Below the pieces are notes generated by a model, which was not told where the DNA came from, did not search any database, and worked only from the letters and a program-made list of their open reading frames with translations. This document shows positions 9,721 through 20,394 of a stretch of 64,000 nucleotides of DNA, piece after piece (position 1 is the stretch's first letter; each line of letters begins with the position of its first letter). Source of the stretch: Pelagomonas calceolata. Lineage: Eukaryota. Location: the NCBI GenBank assembly GCA_918797485.1, contig CAKKNE010000004.1, forward strand, positions 4,278,001-4,342,000, written 5' to 3'. Made by a program: the position numbers and the translations under genes.

Positions 9721-10131
9721 TCGAACTTCTTCCGTGCACGCCGCGGCGGGCGCGCCGGGACGTTCTACGGGTTTCTGATCGCTCGCGTCGTAGTCTGGGC
9801 TAGTAAGTGGGAGGGGCCCGGTGAGCTAGAGTTGCGGAAATCCTAGCATGAGTGTACGCTAGTTCATTATATATCGGCGCACAGTCAGCGTGCAATTCGC
9901 GGTCGCACACAGGCTGCAAGGGCACTGTACTGTGGTCGACCACCGTCTCAAGGTCACAGCTGCTCGTGCACAAAAGTGCAGGCTTGGCTGCATCGTAAGG
10001 CACGAGTTATGCGTGCTGTCACACTCATCCTTAGTGGAGCCGCAGCTTTTGCTCCCCGCAACGCCCTGCCGGTCACTGCTCGCCGCTCGCCGACGCGTCA
10101 GACCGCCAGGATGGTTATCGGATGATCGATA

Positions 10132-10505
10132 ATGACTATCGGCAAGACGATAGCCGCCACGCCGGATTTCATCCAGCAAAAGCCGAACACCATCGTGCAG
10201 GGCGCCGGGATCAGTGTGGAAATCAGTCAGTGAGTTAGCTTATGCGTGGACCTTTGTGAATCCCCACGCCATCGAACCGACGCGGTCACGGAGACAACAT
10301 CGCGTCGATGGCCTGAAAACTCCACGTCATCGAGCAGACGCAGCTACGGAGACAACATCGTGTCGATGGCGTGGGCGCCCGAAATTTGATTCCCACACAG
10401 GCTGGCATGCTCGGCGGGTTAGTGTACGGCATCGACGAGGATGGCGAATGGTACTTCAACGGAAGTGGCAAGCGTCCCGAGGAGCTGAAGAAAGAAGAGG
10501 AGTAG
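10132..10505 (+). CDS. Hidden 58-aa protein split by an introner (exons 10132-10203, 10401-10505)
   Basis: Removing GC-AG intron 10204-10400 gives MTIGKTIAATPDFIQQKPNTIVQG|AGMLGGLVYGIDEDGEWYFNGSGKRPEELKKEEE*. Confidence 0.5.
10212..10400 (+). mobile_element. Introner element (189 bp; intron 10204-10400)
   Basis: TIRs CAGTGTGGAAATCA...TGATTCCCACACAG; TSD GCCGGGAT/GCTGGCAT (6/8). Confidence 0.8.
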
Positions 10506-10659
10506 GCTGCGCCCCTCCCACGCCGCCACGGCGCCAGACGCGCGCGCGCACGCGAGATGACGACGCCGCGACCCTATTGACGGTCGCGGCGTCCGACACG
10601 CTGCCCGCGCGGCGGTACGGCGCCGGAGTGCAGGCTATTCCCAAGTAAACATATGTGAA

Positions 10660-11244
10660 TTAATATCGCACCGGCCCCTGGGGCGAACACACCAACCGCG
10701 TCCGGGCCCGCCAGTCGTCGTCGGGCTCGGCGGGCGCCGGCGCGTAGGGGTTCGGCGCCTCGAGGACCTCCTCGGCGGCCTCGACGGGGAACTCGCGCTT
10801 GACGGGCGAGACCTCGCCCGGTTCCGCGCCCGCGACCGGCGCCGCGCTTTTACCGGGCAGCTCGCCTTCCTCCTTGACGCGGGCCGCATCGACGACGTGG
10901 ATCGTCGAGTCGAAGCGCACGCCGGCCGCGTAGAGCGTCTCCTTGTCGCGCAGCGCGCGACCGTTCCACGTCACGCGCAGGTTCTTCGACGACCACCCGA
11001 GCGTCTCACGCACGTGGTCGCACACGTCTCGTGCCGTGAGCATCTTCCCCTCCCAGTCGTCGCAGTCGTCGTCTTCCTCAGAGTCGTCGCCGGGCCGGAT
11101 CGCGACGACGTCGCCCGGGCCGCCCGGGTAGGTGTCCGCGACCATCACTCGCAAGCTATCGAGGAACCGGACCGTGGCCATGGGCAGCTCGTCCAGAGAT
11201 TTGTCGTGGGGCGGCCCCCGCCAGCGCCGCTCCCACTCCCCCAT
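10660..11244 (-). CDS. Ubiquitin-like domain protein
   Basis: LRVTWNGRALRDKETLYAAGVRFDSTIHVV resembles the ubiquitin C-terminal half. Confidence 0.7.
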   Translation of the reverse strand: MGEWERRWRGPPHDKSLDELPMATVRFLDSLRVMVADTYPGGPGDVVAIRPGDDSEEDDDCDDWEGKMLTARDVCDHVRETLGWSSKNLRVTWNGRALRDKETLYAAGVRFDSTIHVVDAARVKEEGELPGKSAAPVAGAEPGEVSPVKREFPVEAAEEVLEAPNPYAPAPAEPDDDWRARTRLVCSPQGPVRY

Positions 11245-11448
11245 GGCAGCCTCCTCTGTGTGTTGGCTCTCACGGCTTCGGGCAGCCGACGGAGCGACCG
11301 CAGCAGCTCGGACGCGTCACGGAGAGGTTAACGTCGCGTCGACGGCGTGCAGTGGTCGCGTGAGAGCGCCGCAGCGCAGCATGCGCAGAGAGGCCCTGGG
11401 TGCGGGTTCGTGCGCGGGGAAGCGGCTAAGAAGAAACACACCGGGCCC

Positions 11449-11907
11449 TTACGAGTCGCTCATCATCATGTTCACGTACTCCTTGTAGTTGACGAGGCCG
11501 TCCCGGTCCGGCTCGAGCTGCGCGACCAAATCCCGAGCCTGCTCCTCGCTGAGCTTGTCCGAGCCGTCGGTAGTCAACGCGCGCACCAGCGACTCGACCT
11601 TGATGTGGCCCGGCGGCGCGCCGCTCTCGAAGACGCGGAACGCGCCGCGGACCTGCTCCGCCGTGTACGTCGCAGAGACCTTCCTAGACATCACAGCGAC
11701 GAACTCATCAAAATCAATCACACCATTGTTGTCCTCGTCGATCTCCGCGATCATCAAATCAATTTCTTCCGGCGTCGCGTCAATTCCAAGCGTTTCCATG
11801 AGCTCCCCGAGCTCCTCCTTGCTGATCGTGCCGCCGCCGTCCTTGTCCACTAGGTTGAAAATTTCCCTAAACTCGGCGAGCTCCTCGGGCGTGAGCTTGT
11901 CGCCCAT
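11449..11907 (-). CDS. Calmodulin-like EF-hand protein
   Basis: 152 aa; EF loops DKDGGGTISKEE and DEDNNGVIDFDE; degenerate EF3/EF4. Confidence 0.9.
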   Translation of the reverse strand: MGDKLTPEELAEFREIFNLVDKDGGGTISKEELGELMETLGIDATPEEIDLMIAEIDEDNNGVIDFDEFVAVMSRKVSATYTAEQVRGAFRVFESGAPPGHIKVESLVRALTTDGSDKLSEEQARDLVAQLEPDRDGLVNYKEYVNMMMSDS

Positions 11908-12188
11908 GCTATACTGGCTCCTTGTTTAGCACCTCTCAGCTGCCTCCTTGGTTATACGTCCACGAGCGTTGGGCAGCCCGCTTGCGACGCAATCCGTCCG
12001 CGCAGGAATTGATTCGTACGACGGCGTGGAAGGGGCGGCGCCACGCTGCGCACCCTCCAGTGTCTGGCTTTGGCGTTGCTCCCAACACCCTGGCCGGCCC
12101 ATAGGCAGCATGCTACGTACCAGCTATCTGTCCCGTGTGGGCACTCCTGCAGGCCGTTCCGACGACTGCTCGCAAAACAGGCGCATGT

Positions 12189-12210
12189 CTAGCGGCCGTA
12201 AGACACTAGC
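12189..12210 (-). promoter_or_regulatory. Upstream quasi-palindromic motif, copy 3
   Basis: Reverse complement GCTAGTGTCTTACGGCCGCTAG in a divergent intergenic region. Confidence 0.6.
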
Positions 12211-12403
12211 AAAATGCTGCTTGGACGCGGTGCCCGGCTGCTCTGCACGGCTGCGCAAGAGACGTGGTGGTCGTTGAAACTTTTTTCAAACGTGCCTACT
12301 ACTCGCTGCAGTCCAGCTGGCATCTGTGCTGCTCGTGCGGTGCGTGACTGCAGGCTAGGCTGCAAGGCTGCCAGCGCAACACGAGCGCGCACCAGCGACA
12401 AAA

Positions 12404-13058
12404 ATGGCGGGCCGACTGGCGAGAGTCCGTTCCAAGGCCGACAGCGCGCTCGACGGCCACCGCTACGAAAGCACGGACTCGAGCGACGACGAGGCGATGC
12501 GCGCCGTGCCGGCAGGCTGCCTCGGCCGCACGGGCGTGCGTCTCGTCGCGGAGGCGCGCGCCGGCGAGGACGAGCGCGGGCGCACCGGCGAGAAGGGCTA
12601 CTCGGTCGTCGACACGAATCAATTCAGGAATACGCAGGTCGGCTCCGGCTACCAGGCGTCCTTCGTGGTAAGGCAGCCCGGCGCGGCGCCCGCGGCGCCG
12701 CCGAAGCGCGCGGCGCCGGACGCCCGGGACGCCAAGAAGCGCAAAAAACCGAAGGATAAGAAGTCCAAAAAGAAGCACAAGAAGAAGAAGGCGCGTCGGC
12801 CGCGTCCTACGCCATCGACGCGCCACTTACCCGTCGCTGCCCACGCAGGACAAAAAGAAAAAGAAGCGGAAGGCCTCATCCTCCTCATCTTCAGACGACG
12901 ACAGCGCCGACGACGCCGCCGCCGCCGTGGAGCCCGCGTACGACGACGGCGTCGGCGGCGCGGACGTGCTCCCGCGGCGCCTGGCCCACTTCGAGGCGCT
13001 CCTGACCGACGCCCTCGAGCGACGGCCCGCCAAAAAGAAGCGAGGTAATATGTTGTGA
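12404..13058 (+). CDS. Lys/Ser-rich hypothetical nuclear protein (exons 12404-12790, 12849-13058)
   Basis: 58-nt GC-AG intron (AAG|GCGCGT...CACGCAG) containing CGCCATCGACGCG; the spliced frame continues DKKKKKRKASSSSSSDDD with better coding bias. Confidence 0.6.
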
Positions 13059-13080
13059 TGATGGTTATATACAAAACTGG

Positions 13081-14205
13081 TCAGCGGAGCTTGAGGCCCG
13101 GCACGTGGTCCCCGAGGAGGTAGCAGCCCGTCGCGACGGCGCAGAAGGGTAGCGTCAGCGCGGGCACGGCGAACGCCCCGAGGGCCGTCTTCAGGCCCCC
13201 GAAGACGACGGCGGTTACGGCCGCGCCGGCGCCCGCGAGCACGTACGTCTGCCGCGACGGCTCGTAGAACACGGCGACGGACAGCGCCGTCAGCGCCGAA
13301 TTAAAACCCCACAGCCCATGCAATACTTCGTCCAGCGGCGCGCCCATCATCAAACCGGTCAGCGCCCCGACCGCGGAGCCGCCGACGGCGTGGAACGCCC
13401 ACGACGGCTGCTGTACTAATAAACCAAGCGCGATGACGTTGCCGCTCACGACGTTGTCCACGACAAAAATCTGGGAGATGCCCACGAAGGGCGTGTCTAA
13501 GACGGCATTCAACAACTCGTAGTTCGAATCAATGGAAGCGGGCGGTCCCGGTACGGAATCGGCGAACGGTCTCGTATACAACAACGCCGACAGCGTCGCC
13601 GCGTTGAAGGCGAGCGTCCACTGCGGCACTTTGCCGCAGAGCGGTTTGAGCACGGCGGCGAGCGGCGCCGTGGCGGCCGCGCCCGCGACCGTGGCCGCCA
13701 AAGCTACCGGAGGACTCACGGCGAGGAACTGCGAGAAGGCGCAGCCGACTAAAACGCCGTTGTAGCCCATCAATCCATTATCTGTCGCCTCCTCATCGAA
13801 ACCGACGGCCCGCGCCGTTACGGTGGCGGTGGCGCCGCCCGCGAAGCCGAGGCCCGCGAGGTACGGGTCGCCTATTGCTAAGCCGATAAGCGCGAGGGAC
13901 CCGGCCGCGGGCTTGTCCATGAAGATGACCTGGCCCACGTTGCGCAATAGGCCCTCCGGCGGGCCGAGGCCGTACTCGGGCTCCGGCGTCGGGCGGCTTT
14001 GTTCCTCCGCGTCCCCGTTGTCGGGCGGCTTTGTTGCCAGTGCTCGGACGCAGCCCGTCCTTCCGAGTGCACCTGAGGAGCAGGCCGCCCTGCTGACCGT
14101 CCTGCCTGCCCAAGTCCCGAGTGCAGGAGTCGTGCAGGCCCTGCTGAGGGCTGCCGTCGACCGCGTTACGGACACGAACACTGGACGAACGGCCGCCAGA
14201 GCCAT
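13081..14205 (-). CDS. Urea transporter (UT/SLC14 family) with a probable mitochondrial presequence
   Basis: Duplicated UT motifs GQVIF/GLMGYNG and GISQIF/GLWGFNS, PALTLPF; N-terminus rich in R/S/T/A and lacking acidic residues. Confidence 0.88.
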   Translation of the reverse strand: MALAAVRPVFVSVTRSTAALSRACTTPALGTWAGRTVSRAACSSGALGRTGCVRALATKPPDNGDAEEQSRPTPEPEYGLGPPEGLLRNVGQVIFMDKPAAGSLALIGLAIGDPYLAGLGFAGGATATVTARAVGFDEEATDNGLMGYNGVLVGCAFSQFLAVSPPVALAATVAGAAATAPLAAVLKPLCGKVPQWTLAFNAATLSALLYTRPFADSVPGPPASIDSNYELLNAVLDTPFVGISQIFVVDNVVSGNVIALGLLVQQPSWAFHAVGGSAVGALTGLMMGAPLDEVLHGLWGFNSALTALSVAVFYEPSRQTYVLAGAGAAVTAVVFGGLKTALGAFAVPALTLPFCAVATGCYLLGDHVPGLKLR

Positions 14206-14445
14206 TTTCGAGCAGTCCTGCGGCGTGCAATGCGTTTCGCAAGTGGGGGGCTGTCGCGCACGGCTCTAAAATAGCTCTGGCCCTGCCGGAGAGCAGCAAC
14301 AGGGCGATTTTGCTCTTGTGACCGCTCACACGCACGCATACATCACCGTCCAGGCATATAGGCCGGCGCAGTAGACCACCGCGACCTCTGCCGATCGCGT
14401 CACAGCGTCTGCGCTGCCTCCGCGCGCTGCGACCGCTGTGAGAGC

Positions 14446-15351
14446 ATGGGCTCACTCAAGGACAAAGTGCGCAAAAAGAAGCGCAAGGACGCCGACGCGG
14501 CAGTAGCAACCGAGGACGACGCCGAACGCGCCGAACGCAAACGTCAGAAGAAGGAGAAAAAGCGCCTCGCCGCCGCCGCGGACGCCGCGCCGCCCGCCAA
14601 GGACGACGCGGCGGCGCGCAAGCGACGCAAGAAGGAAAAGAAGGAGCGGCAAAAAGCTAAGGCCGCGGCTGCCGAAGCGACGCCGGCCGCCGCGCCGGCG
14701 CCGGCACCGTTCGACGACGAGGCCGCCCGGACCGTCTACTGCGAGGGGCTGCGGTACGACGAGGCCGAGGACGACGTGCGGGCCTTCTTCGCGGCGCACG
14801 GTGCGATCAAGGAGCTGCGTTTGCCCAGGTACCAGGACTCGGGTCGGCTCAGGGGCTATGGCCATATCGAATATGAATCAGCAAACAGCGCCACCGCCGC
14901 ACTCAAGGCGTCCGGATCGAGCCTCGGCGGCCGCTACGTGACGATCCAGCCGTCCAAGGCCAAGGACCAGGCGACCTGGACGCCGCGGCCGCGGCCCGAC
15001 GGCTGTCGGACGGTCTTCGTGAAAAACCTGCCTTACGATATTCCCAGCGACGCCCTGCGCCGCTCCTTCGAGAAGTTCGGCAAGATCAACGACGTGCGCT
15101 TGGCCGTGCACAACCACACGCAGCGCCAGAAGGGCTTTGGCTACGTGACCTTCGTCAAGGAGACGTCGGCCGAGGCGGCCGTGCGCGGCCAGGGCGGGGT
15201 GACGGTGCGGGGGCGGGCCGTCTACGTCGACTACGACGCGCCGGGGGGCGGGCCCAAGGCGTCCTTCCGCGCGGCGACGGGGCAGCCGTGGGCCAAGACG
15301 AAGGCCGGGAAGCGCTTCAAGCGGGAGCAGAGGTCTGCGGGGTACGGGTAA
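14446..15351 (+). CDS. Two-RRM RNA-binding protein (nucleolin/Nsr1-like)
   Basis: RNP1 motifs RGYGHIEY and KGFGYVTF; Lys-rich N-terminus. Confidence 0.85.
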
Positions 15352-15362
15352 TTATATGTCTC

Positions 15363-16425
15363 CTAGCGCGTCGAGTAGTTGATGCGCTCGAGCGCGTAGA
15401 ACGTGGCGAACCGGAAGAACAGGATGAACGCAACCTGTGTGGACATCGAATTTCGGACGCCACACGCCATCGACGCGAGGTTGCCTCCATTCCTGGTCTG
15501 CTCGATGGCGTTTAGGTTGACATGACCTAGCTTACTGTTGATTTCCACACAGAAACGGACCAAGATGATCATGTTCTGGAACCGGTGCGACCAGACGAAC
15601 TTGCCGCCGAAGAAGGAATCGTCCCAGTGCGACGTGTAGAAGCGGCTCAGCGTCGGCTCGTTGCCCGGCGGAAACCCCGGGGCGCCTTTCACCTTCGTTT
15701 TTGCGCCGTGGAACTGCGTCACTACCAATCCCTCGAGGACATAATGAATAGGCGCAAGCCAGTACATGAACCTGTGTGGAAATCAAAATTTTACGGCGCG
15801 TTCGTGCTGAATCGCCGCGTCGTCCTCCACGCCATCGACGCGACGCCTGCTCGATGGCGTGGCGATGCCGGTTCCTCGCCGCTCGACCGAGCCAGGACAG
15901 CCGCGCCATCGCCGCGAGGTGACTTAGTGAAGAATTGTCGGGTGCACCCGACACACTGGTTGATTTCCACACAGACATGAACATCCAGCCGCCCGGGATG
16001 TCTTGCGGTCTGATGGCGAATCCCGAGACGTTCGCTGTCATGCTCAGGTAGGCCATGCCGAGCGACGACGCCACCTGCTGGTTCGGCATCGCTGCCGCGA
16101 GGAATTGCGCCATGTATGTGAGGAGGGATATGAACAGGAAGAAGTAGCACGCGTAGTACCAGAAACCGTAACCGTCCTGCGGGAAGAAGTCCACAAGGCC
16201 CCAGAGGATGCCGCAGTGTAACAGGGTGTACGCTACGAGGTATGGGAATTCAGAAATCCCAAACGTCAGCGCGTACGGGGCCGACTGGTACATGCGGGAC
16301 GCCTTCTCGCGGTAGTATGAGTCGCGCTGGCTGACCATGTTCGGGATGGCACTTGAGTAGAAAATGATCGCCATAAAGAAGACGTCCAGGTACATCACGC
16401 CCATGAACGAGAACGAGTCGTTCAT
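15363..16425 (-). CDS. ABCG/PDR-type transporter membrane domain only (5'-truncated), two introns
   Basis: YYREKASRMY, EFPY, SGFAIRPQDIPGGWM|FMYWLAP after removing introns 15982-15772 and 15560-15435; no NBD upstream. Confidence 0.7.
15435..15552. mobile_element. Short introner element (intron 15560-15435 on minus, 126 nt)
   Basis: TIRs CTGTGTGGACATCGA...TTGATTTCCACACAG; degenerate TSD; splicing gives MIIL|VAFILFFRF. Confidence 0.8.
15772..15974. mobile_element. Introner element (203 bp; intron 15982-15772 on minus)
   Basis: Perfect TIR CTGTGTGGAAATCAA/TTGATTTCCACACAG; perfect TSD ACATGAAC (15764-15771 and 15975-15982). Confidence 0.93.
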
Positions 16426-16599
16426 ACTGTTCACCGAGCCCGGTCGTGACTTAGCAGGGCTTTCCTACCCTCCGCCGCACACGCACGAACATAAGGAGCC
16501 TGTCGAGTAGTAAACCTAGACGCGTCAGCGGCTCGGGAGGCGTGGTCTAAACGCGACAGATAAGGAGCTTATGAGTGACTAATATGAGCACAGTTACTA

Positions 16600-17622
16600 C
16601 TAGTATGCCCGCTCGTGCACGAACAGGTACCCGCCCTCAGTCCGCGTCACGCGCACGCCATCGCTCACGTACGTCGCGAGGAGCTGCACGGTCGAGGCGT
16701 CGGGCGTCAGCTGCAGCGCGTTCGACAACGCATCAAACGCATTTTTCGTCGGGAAGGCCAGGTCCGACACGAAGCCCAGACCGGGCAGCTGCGAGAGCGT
16801 CGAGTCGCGGACCTCGGTCTTCTCGAGCGTGAGTTCCAGGCCCGTCGCGGTCGGCACGGCCGACGCCGTCGACGTCATTAACGAGCGACCGACGGGAGGT
16901 AAATTCGGCAGGGGCTCGATGGACAGCTCGACCTCCGACACGAGTTGCGTCGCGGTGATCGTTTGCGTGGCGTCGCCCACCGTATAAAAGGGCCCCAGCG
17001 CGTCGGTCACCGCGTACACGGCCTCGGCGAGCTCCGAATTCTTGGCGCCCGGCACGGGCGTCGGCGACGTCTTGCCCTCCAACAACCGCGAAAAGCTCCA
17101 GAAGAACGGCGATGATCTATACAAGCCCGGCTCCGACGAGTAGACCAGGCTCCAGACGCCCTCGAGGCGGCACGGGTCGAGCGGCGGCGCGAGCGCCTCG
17201 AGGGAGCGCGCCAGCCGCTCGACGTCGTTTCTATCGGCTTCCGACGCCGACGCACCCCGGTCCACGCCGAGGCACCGGTCGAGCAGCGCCGTCTCCGCGT
17301 CCAGCGCGAGCTCCTCGTTCCACGCCTCCACGGCCGGCGCGGCGCAGTCCTCGCCAGTGTCACCCTCGACGTCGGAGGGCGCGTCCGCCTCCTCGCCGGT
17401 CGGCTCCGGCTCGGGCTCGTCGGGCACGGCGCTGTCCGACGGGAAGTCGTCGGCGTCCTCGGCCATGGAGCGCAGCTGCGTCGCGGCGGCGGCGCCTTTT
17501 CGTTGGCGCATTTGTGTCGCGGCGGCGGCGCCCTGCGATCGCACCGCGATGCCGCCCGGTACGCCGCGCGGCGTCATAAATGCCACGGCAGCCGTCAAGG
17601 TGAGGAGCTGGCTGTACAGCAT
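16600..17622 (-). CDS. Plastid lipid-associated protein / fibrillin
   Basis: Signal peptide ending AVA-F; DRGASA, LEGVWSLVYSS, TYVSDGVRVTR motifs. Confidence 0.8.
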   Translation of the reverse strand: MLYSQLLTLTAAVAFMTPRGVPGGIAVRSQGAAAATQMRQRKGAAAATQLRSMAEDADDFPSDSAVPDEPEPEPTGEEADAPSDVEGDTGEDCAAPAVEAWNEELALDAETALLDRCLGVDRGASASEADRNDVERLARSLEALAPPLDPCRLEGVWSLVYSSEPGLYRSSPFFWSFSRLLEGKTSPTPVPGAKNSELAEAVYAVTDALGPFYTVGDATQTITATQLVSEVELSIEPLPNLPPVGRSLMTSTASAVPTATGLELTLEKTEVRDSTLSQLPGLGFVSDLAFPTKNAFDALSNALQLTPDASTVQLLATYVSDGVRVTRTEGGYLFVHERAY

Positions 17623-17760
17623 CTTGGGGTGCCTTGTGGGTCGAGGTTCGTGCTTGTGCCGCAAGCTAGTAGTGCCGCGAATCTCTTCTGAGTGCACGCG
17701 TGTCTGTTAGGGCTTGGATGCCGCAGTGGAGGGCCAAAAAGTGTCGGGTGTCGGAGAGCG

Positions 17761-17784
17761 GCTAGTGTGTCTAAAAACGCTAGC
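17761..17784 (+). promoter_or_regulatory. Upstream quasi-palindromic motif, copy 4
   Basis: GCTAGTGTGTCTAAAAACGCTAGC in a divergent intergenic region. Confidence 0.5.
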
Positions 17785-18025
17785 TCTGTGATTTTTGGCG
17801 CGGGATCAGCGGGTCCCATCCGCATCTGTGCAGAACTGTACATCCAGAGAAGCGCTGGCCTGCCAAGCACACGCGGCAGCGGCTGCCACACAGCCCTCGT
17901 CGTGCCGTAACCTATAGAAGGAGGAGTGCTCATATTTGATACTTTTGGCATCGGACCGCACGCACGCGCAGAGCACTCACTCTCAGTGCCGGCAGCAAAA
18001 GATAAACCACAACCACAAAAAGAAA

Positions 18026-19075
18026 ATGTTCAGCCGCGAGAACCGCCGCCGCAACAGGGAGCGCCTCCTCCAGGCGGCCGGCATTCATCAAGTGACCAAA
18101 GACGACGAGGCCTTCGTCGCGAAGCTCGACGCGTCGAAGAACCTCGAGAAGCGCTTAGATGACGCTAGACGGTGCGTCTACGAGTACTCGCTCGCGCTCC
18201 ACGCTTTGTCGGACAAGAGCGCGTCGCTGGCGACGGCGTTAGCGGCTCTCAGTGACGACGCCCACGGCGACGCGCAGCAGGCGCTCAATGAACTACAAAC
18301 CCACGAGATCAAGCTGAGGAGGACGCACGCGCCGGCGGCTTTACACGCGCTGCAGGAGCTCGTGGGCGCGCCGCTCGACGGCGCCGCGGCCGGGTCCAAG
18401 GACGTCGAGCGCCTCACGAAAGCTAGAAGGGACAAATTGCTGGACTGCGACTCCTTCGCGGCGCGCGGCGACGAGCGCCTCGAGGCGGCGCGGCGCGACC
18501 TGCAGCACCTGACCGCGTCGTGCGAGGCGGCGTTCGTCGCGTTTTCTGAGGCCGTGGGCGACGCGACGGCGCGCTGCGCGGGCGCGCTGTCCGGCGTCGT
18601 CGCGCACTTCCACTGCGGCGTCGCCGACGCCGCTTGTGCGAGATGTGAAAGCGCGCCTTCGTCCAGACTCGCGACGCACGCCGCGGCAGCATTAGGATTA
18701 TGCGCGGCGAACGCCGCGGCATTGGAACACGGGCCGCCGGTCGCTCCTCCCGCCGTCGCGGCGCCCGCGCCGGACGACCTCCTCGGGCTCGGGACCGCGA
18801 CGCCGCCGCCCGCGGCGCAGCCCGTCGCGCACGCGTTCGCCGCGGCGCCGCCGCCGCCCGCCGCCCGCGTCGCGCCGCCGGTCCTGCCGGCGAGGCCAAC
18901 GCAGGAGGTGACGGCGGCCTACGCCTACCAGGGCCAGCGCGCGTCCGACCTGTCCTTCGCCGCGGGCGACGTCATCGTCGTCACGCGGAAGAAGGCCAAC
19001 GGCTGGTGGGTCGGCCACGTCCGCGGCCGCGACCCGGCCACGGCCGGCGAGTTCCCGTCGAACTACGTGCGGTGA
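18026..19075 (+). CDS. BAR-like + SH3 domain protein
   Basis: Helical N-terminus (TKDDEAF, RRDKLLDCD); SH3 AYAYQG...DLSF..GD...GWW.G...GEFPSNYV. Confidence 0.8.
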   Translation: MFSRENRRRNRERLLQAAGIHQVTKDDEAFVAKLDASKNLEKRLDDARRCVYEYSLALHALSDKSASLATALAALSDDAHGDAQQALNELQTHEIKLRRTHAPAALHALQELVGAPLDGAAAGSKDVERLTKARRDKLLDCDSFAARGDERLEAARRDLQHLTASCEAAFVAFSEAVGDATARCAGALSGVVAHFHCGVADAACARCESAPSSRLATHAAAALGLCAANAAALEHGPPVAPPAVAAPAPDDLLGLGTATPPPAAQPVAHAFAAAPPPPAARVAPPVLPARPTQEVTAAYAYQGQRASDLSFAAGDVIVVTRKKANGWWVGHVRGRDPATAGEFPSNYVR

Positions 19076-19213
19076 CTCGCCTTCGCCGCACTCCTAAGTT
19101 TTTACAAGTTTACTACACGCTGCACGACCGCCCCAGCTGCAGTCGGGGCAGCCACGACACGCTCGACGAGCCTTCGTAAGCAGAAACTCCGTCGGCACGC
19201 CGTCGCCGCGAGA

Positions 19214-20017
19214 TCAGACCCGCCGCTGCACAAAAGCCCGCGCCGCGCCCCAGCTGCAGTCCGGGCACTTTATGAGCCACTCCACAACAAAGTGCGGCGA
19301 GGGCAATGCGACGTCGAGCGTCACGACCCAAGCGCCCCGTTTCAGCGCCACTGCGCGCGCCGCGATGCGCGCCATCTGCGCCTCGTCGAAGACCGTCGAC
19401 GCCGCGAAGACGACGTCCGCGTCCCGCCAGACGGCGGCGCCCTCATCAGAAACGAAGTCCCGCTGATGGATGCTCCATTTGCACTCAACGTGCGCCAGCG
19501 TCTCGCGCGAGGACCGCACGTAGCCATCTAACAACTCGAGTCCTATGACTTCCGCGAACGAACCGAGCGTCGCGGCGTAGACCAGGGGCCGTCCGGTGCC
19601 GCTGCCGAGGTCGACAAATTTACCCTTCAGGGAGCAGGCGCCGAGGATGCGCGCCAGCGACAGCGCGCCGACCTCGCCGGACACGAAGTTGCGGTACGCC
19701 GGCCGGTCCTCGAGGTCCATGAGGCGCGACCGGCGGTACTTGTGTGGTACGTTCGCCGTCGCGCGCGCGGCGGCCGCGGCGGCCTCGCAGGCCGCGACGG
19801 CGGCTTTCGCGCCATCAATGCGTCGGGGCGCCCAGGGGCTCGCGTCCGTTACCGCGTGATGCCAGGCCTTCGACGCCTGCGCCGCCGCGAGCGCGTCGAC
19901 GACGCTTAGGTACTGTGCTAGCTTGGGCCATACTGTGGTTATCGGTGGACCCGGCTGTTGTGCCGATGCCTGCTCCATCGCTGCGGCAAGTGGGCAGCCC
20001 TTTGACTGCCTTGGCAA
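19214..20017 (-). CDS. Class I SAM-dependent methyltransferase (DOT1-like)
   Basis: SGE, FVDLGSGTGR, GLELL, ADVVF, LKRGAWVVT motifs; start may be 19978. Confidence 0.7.
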   Translation of the reverse strand: MPRQSKGCPLAAAMEQASAQQPGPPITTVWPKLAQYLSVVDALAAAQASKAWHHAVTDASPWAPRRIDGAKAAVAACEAAAAAARATANVPHKYRRSRLMDLEDRPAYRNFVSGEVGALSLARILGACSLKGKFVDLGSGTGRPLVYAATLGSFAEVIGLELLDGYVRSSRETLAHVECKWSIHQRDFVSDEGAAVWRDADVVFAASTVFDEAQMARIAARAVALKRGAWVVTLDVALPSPHFVVEWLIKCPDCSWGAARAFVQRRV

Positions 20018-20029
20018 AAGCCATGCTTT

Positions 20030-20054
20030 GCTAGTGTCTTTACAGGCCGCTAGC
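20030..20054 (+). promoter_or_regulatory. Upstream quasi-palindromic motif, copy 5
   Basis: GCTAGTGTCTTTACAGGCCGCTAGC, identical to 24809-24833. Confidence 0.65.
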
Positions 20055-20394
20055 GTTCCCTGTCATGAGTTATCCCGCACGCGATGCAATCGTCCTAGTA
20101 TCACTCACATGCGTGCTCCTTGCTTCTCAGTTCAATTTCACCCCTGATGCTGAGCAAAAAAACCGCCGACGCGAGGCTAAATCGAGAGCATAGATGCTCG
20201 TGCTTGCATCAGGGCTTTAGAACGATATATTTCGACGTACACAATGCTTCGCGGACTTCGCGTTGGCCTTCTCGTTTCGGGAGGCTCTGCTTTGTCCTTG
20301 GTCCTTTGGTTCAATGCGCTGAACATCTTGAGACTCTTCGTGAGCATGCTGCATTGAGGATAGACGTCGACGACTCGTCGAAATGTGATTGACG

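Noticed and set aside
9709..9780. Possible C/D snoRNA (TGATGA ... CTGA)
   Set aside because: The C box overlaps the hairpin arm, and I could not verify a terminal stem or guide complementarity.
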